DNA of 32,000 bases from Escherichia coli (lineage in GTDB: Bacteria; Pseudomonadota; Gammaproteobacteria; Enterobacterales; Enterobacteriaceae), in the NCBI RefSeq assembly GCF_003018095.1, contig NZ_CP027452.1; one strand, given 5' to 3'. Numbering within the stretch: the first letter of the stretch is position 1; each line of letters opens with the position of its first letter. Positions 29,316 through 32,000 of this stretch are shown piece after piece. Below the pieces are notes generated by a model. It was given only the letters and a program-made list of their open reading frames with translations, did not search any database and had not been told where the DNA came from. Both the position numbers and the translations under genes were made by a program.

Positions 29316-31139
29316 TTAATCGTCTTTCGGTGCGCGGTTGGCGCGACGACGATCGTTTTCCGTCAGGTGACGTTTACGAATACGGATAGAGGTCGGAGTC
29401 ACTTCTACCAGTTCGTCATCATCGATGAACTCCAGAGCTTGTTCCAGAGTCATGCGGATAGGCGGAACCAGAACAACGGCTTCGTCAGTACCGGAAGCAC
29501 GCATGTTGGTCAGTTTCTTACCGGTCAGGCAGTTTACAGTCAGGTCGTTAGAGCGGCTGTGAATACCGATAATCTGACCTTCGTAAACTTCAGCACCGTG
29601 ACCGAGGAACAGCTTACCGCGATCCTGCAGACCGAACAGCGCGAACGCTACCGCTTTACCCTGACCGTTAGAGATCAGTACACCGTTCTGACGCTGACCC
29701 ACTTCGCCCGGACGTACGTCGTCGTAGTGGCTGAAGGTGGAGTACAGCAGACCAGTACCGGAAGTCATGGTCATGAACTCAGAACGGAAGCCAATCAGAC
29801 CACGGCTTGGGATCACGTAGTCGAGACGTACGCGGCCTTTACCGTCTGGATTCATGTTTTTCAGGTCGCCTTTACGTTCGCCCAGCGCCTGCATCACAGA
29901 ACCCTGATGCTGTTCTTCAACGTCCAGCGTCACGTTTTCATACGGCTCTTGTTTACGACCGTCGATTTCACGGAAGATTACTTTCGGACGGGATACCGCC
30001 AGTTCGAAACCTTCACGACGCATGTTTTCGATAAGAACAGACAGGTGCAGTTCGCCACGACCAGAAACGCGGAACGCATCGGCGTCTTCGGTTTCTTCTA
30101 CGCGCAGCGCAACGTTGTGTACCAGTTCTTTGTTCAGACGATCCAGGATCTGACGAGACGTTACGAACTTACCTTCTTTACCGCAGAACGGCGAGGTGTT
30201 AACGCAGAAGAACATAGAAACGGTCGGCTCATCAACGGAGAGTGCCGGCAGCGCTTCAACGTTTTGCGTGTCGCAAACGGTGTCAGAAATGTTCAGTTCG
30301 CCCAGGCCCGTGATCGCAACGATATCGCCAGCTTCAGCCAGATCGGTTTCGATACGTTCCAGACCGAGGTGGCCCAGCACTTTACCGACTTTCGCGTTGC
30401 GGGTTTTGCCTTCGCTATCGATGATAGTAACCTGCTGGTTCGGCTTCACTTTACCGCGCTTGATGCGGCCAATGCCGATAACGCCAACATAGCTGTTGTA
30501 ATCGAGCTGAGAAATCTGCATCTGGAACGGACCGTCAAGGTCAACGTCCGGCGCAGGAACGTGGTCAACAATCGCCTGATACAGCGGGGTCATGTCTTCC
30601 GCCATATCTTCGTGGTCCAGACCCGCGATACCGTTCAGCGCAGAAGCGTAAACGATCGGGAAGTCCAGCTGCTCGTCGGTCGCGTCGAGGTTAACGAACA
30701 GATCGAATACCTGATCCACAACCCAATCAGGACGCGCGCCAGGGCGGTCAACTTTGTTGATAACAACAATCGGCTTCAGGCCGTAAGCAAACGCTTTTTT
30801 GGTTACGAAGCGCGTTTGCGGCATCGGGCCGTCAAATGCGTCAACCACCAGCAGCACTGAGTCTACCATGGACATTACACGTTCAACTTCACCACCGAAG
30901 TCGGCGTGCCCCGGGGTATCAACGATGTTGATACGGTAATCATTCCATTTGATAGCGGTGTTTTTCGCGAGGATGGTAATCCCACGCTCTTTCTCCAAAT
31001 CGTTGGAGTCCATCACGCGCTCTTGGGTTTCGGCACGAGAGTCGAACGTACCGGATTGTTGGAGCAGCTTGTCTACCAGGGTGGTTTTACCATGGTCTAC
31101 GTGCGCGATGATGGCGATATTACGCAATTTTTCGATCAC
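29316..31139 (-). CDS. bipA: ribosome-associated GTPase BipA/TypA
   Basis: 607 aa, [32 protein letters not shown]...; EF-G-like G motifs [18 protein letters not shown]. Confidence 0.98.
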   Translation of the reverse strand: MIEKLRNIAIIAHVDHGKTTLVDKLLQQSGTFDSRAETQERVMDSNDLEKERGITILAKNTAIKWNDYRINIVDTPGHADFGGEVERVMSMVDSVLLVVDAFDGPMPQTRFVTKKAFAYGLKPIVVINKVDRPGARPDWVVDQVFDLFVNLDATDEQLDFPIVYASALNGIAGLDHEDMAEDMTPLYQAIVDHVPAPDVDLDGPFQMQISQLDYNSYVGVIGIGRIKRGKVKPNQQVTIIDSEGKTRNAKVGKVLGHLGLERIETDLAEAGDIVAITGLGELNISDTVCDTQNVEALPALSVDEPTVSMFFCVNTSPFCGKEGKFVTSRQILDRLNKELVHNVALRVEETEDADAFRVSGRGELHLSVLIENMRREGFELAVSRPKVIFREIDGRKQEPYENVTLDVEEQHQGSVMQALGERKGDLKNMNPDGKGRVRLDYVIPSRGLIGFRSEFMTMTSGTGLLYSTFSHYDDVRPGEVGQRQNGVLISNGQGKAVAFALFGLQDRGKLFLGHGAEVYEGQIIGIHSRSNDLTVNCLTGKKLTNMRASGTDEAVVLVPPIRMTLEQALEFIDDDELVEVTPTSIRIRKRHLTENDRRRANRAPKDD

Positions 31140-31290
31140 AACTTTGCCTCAGGCATTAGAAATAGCGCGTTATTGTACACGGATTAATCGCACTACAAAA
31201 CAGGATCACAAACATCCTCCGCAAACAAGTATTGCAGAGTCCCTTTGTGATCGCTTTCACGGAGCATAAAAAGGGTTATCCAAAGGTCAT

Positions 31291-31339
31291 TGCACCAATA
31301 TGGTGCTTAATGTTTCCATTGAAGCACTATATTGGTGCA
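31291..31339 (+). promoter_or_regulatory. NtrC (GlnG) enhancer sites of glnAp2
   Basis: TGCACCAATATGGTGCT at 31291-31307 and GCACTATATTGGTGCA at 31324-31339, matching the known dyad pattern. Confidence 0.85.
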
Positions 31340-31411
31340 ACATTCACATCATGGTGCAGCCCTTTTGCACGATGTTAAGCATGATAACGCCTTTTAGGGG
31401 CAATTTAAAAG

Positions 31412-31427
31412 TTGGCACAGTTTTCGC
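31412..31427 (+). promoter_or_regulatory. sigma-54 promoter glnAp2
   Basis: TTGGCACAGTTTTCGC, with GG/GC -24/-12-type spacing. Confidence 0.85.
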
Positions 31428-31511
31428 TTTATCTTTTTTACGGCGACACGGCCAAAATAATTGCAGATTTCGTTACCACGACGACCATGACCAATCCAGG
31501 AGAGTTAAAGT

Positions 31512-32000
31512 ATGTCCGCTGAACACGTACTGACGATGCTGAACGAGCACGAAGTGAAGTTTGTTGATTTGCGCTTCACCGACACCAAAGGTAAAGAACA
31601 GCACGTCACTATCCCTGCTCATCAGGTGAATGCTGAATTCTTCGAAGAAGGCAAAATGTTTGACGGCTCCTCGATTGGCGGCTGGAAAGGCATTAACGAA
31701 TCCGACATGGTGCTGATGCCAGACGCATCCACCGCAGTGATTGACCCGTTCTTCGCCGATTCTACCCTGATTATCCGTTGCGACATCCTTGAACCTGGCA
31801 CCCTGCAAGGCTATGACCGTGACCCGCGCTCTATTGCGAAGCGCGCCGAAGATTACCTGCGTTCCACTGGCATTGCCGACACCGTACTGTTCGGGCCAGA
31901 ACCTGAATTCTTCCTGTTCGATGACATCCGTTTCGGATCATCTATCTCCGGTTCTCACGTTGCTATCGACGATATCGAAGGCGCATGGAACTCCTCCACC
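31512..32000 (+). CDS. glnA: glutamine synthetase, N-terminal part (runs off window)
   Basis: ATG at 31512: [61 protein letters not shown]... Confidence 0.98.

Noticed and set aside
29367-30860. 497-aa plus-strand ORF opposite bipA
   Set aside because: Lies entirely antisense to the well-conserved bipA gene; codon-bias mirror ORF with no recognisable protein features.

Overview
This window looks like an Escherichia/Shigella chromosomal segment in the order rhaA-rhaD-rhaM // variable slot // yiiG-fdhD | fdoG-fdoH-fdoI-fdhE | small accessory region | fabY(yiiD)-dtd-yihY-yihX | variable yih slot | yihN-yihM-yihL-bipA | glnA. Family and gene assignments come from recalled protein sequence features, not from a database search. 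Core genes look ordinary, including fdoG with its in-frame UGA (Sec) codon. Four features stand out. (1) Between yihX and yihN is a cluster that resembles but differs from the K-12 sulfoquinovose genes. It has YihT-, YihU-, YihV- and YihW-like proteins, but the glucosidase, isomerase, GPH permease and OmpL are replaced by a medium-chain Zn polyol/alcohol-type dehydrogenase, two MFS transporters and an aldose-1-epimerase-like protein. This suggests a 'sulfoglycolysis-like' pathway for an unidentified C6-modified sugar or polyol. (2) The rhaM-yiiG interval, which holds frvABXR in K-12, carries an orphan RafY-type glycoporin instead. (3) Between fdhE and fabY there is a reverse-order HigB/HigA-type toxin-antitoxin module, an RHH protein and an HSL-type esterase whose HGG motif reads YGG. 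A ~22-bp motif recurs three times around these small genes. (4) Several genes carry lesions: a nonsense codon in rhaA, truncation of yiiG, and single-base frameshifts in the cluster kinase, DeoR regulator and one transporter. These may reflect pathway decay or assembly errors. There is no CRISPR array, rRNA, tRNA or intact mobile element that I can support.
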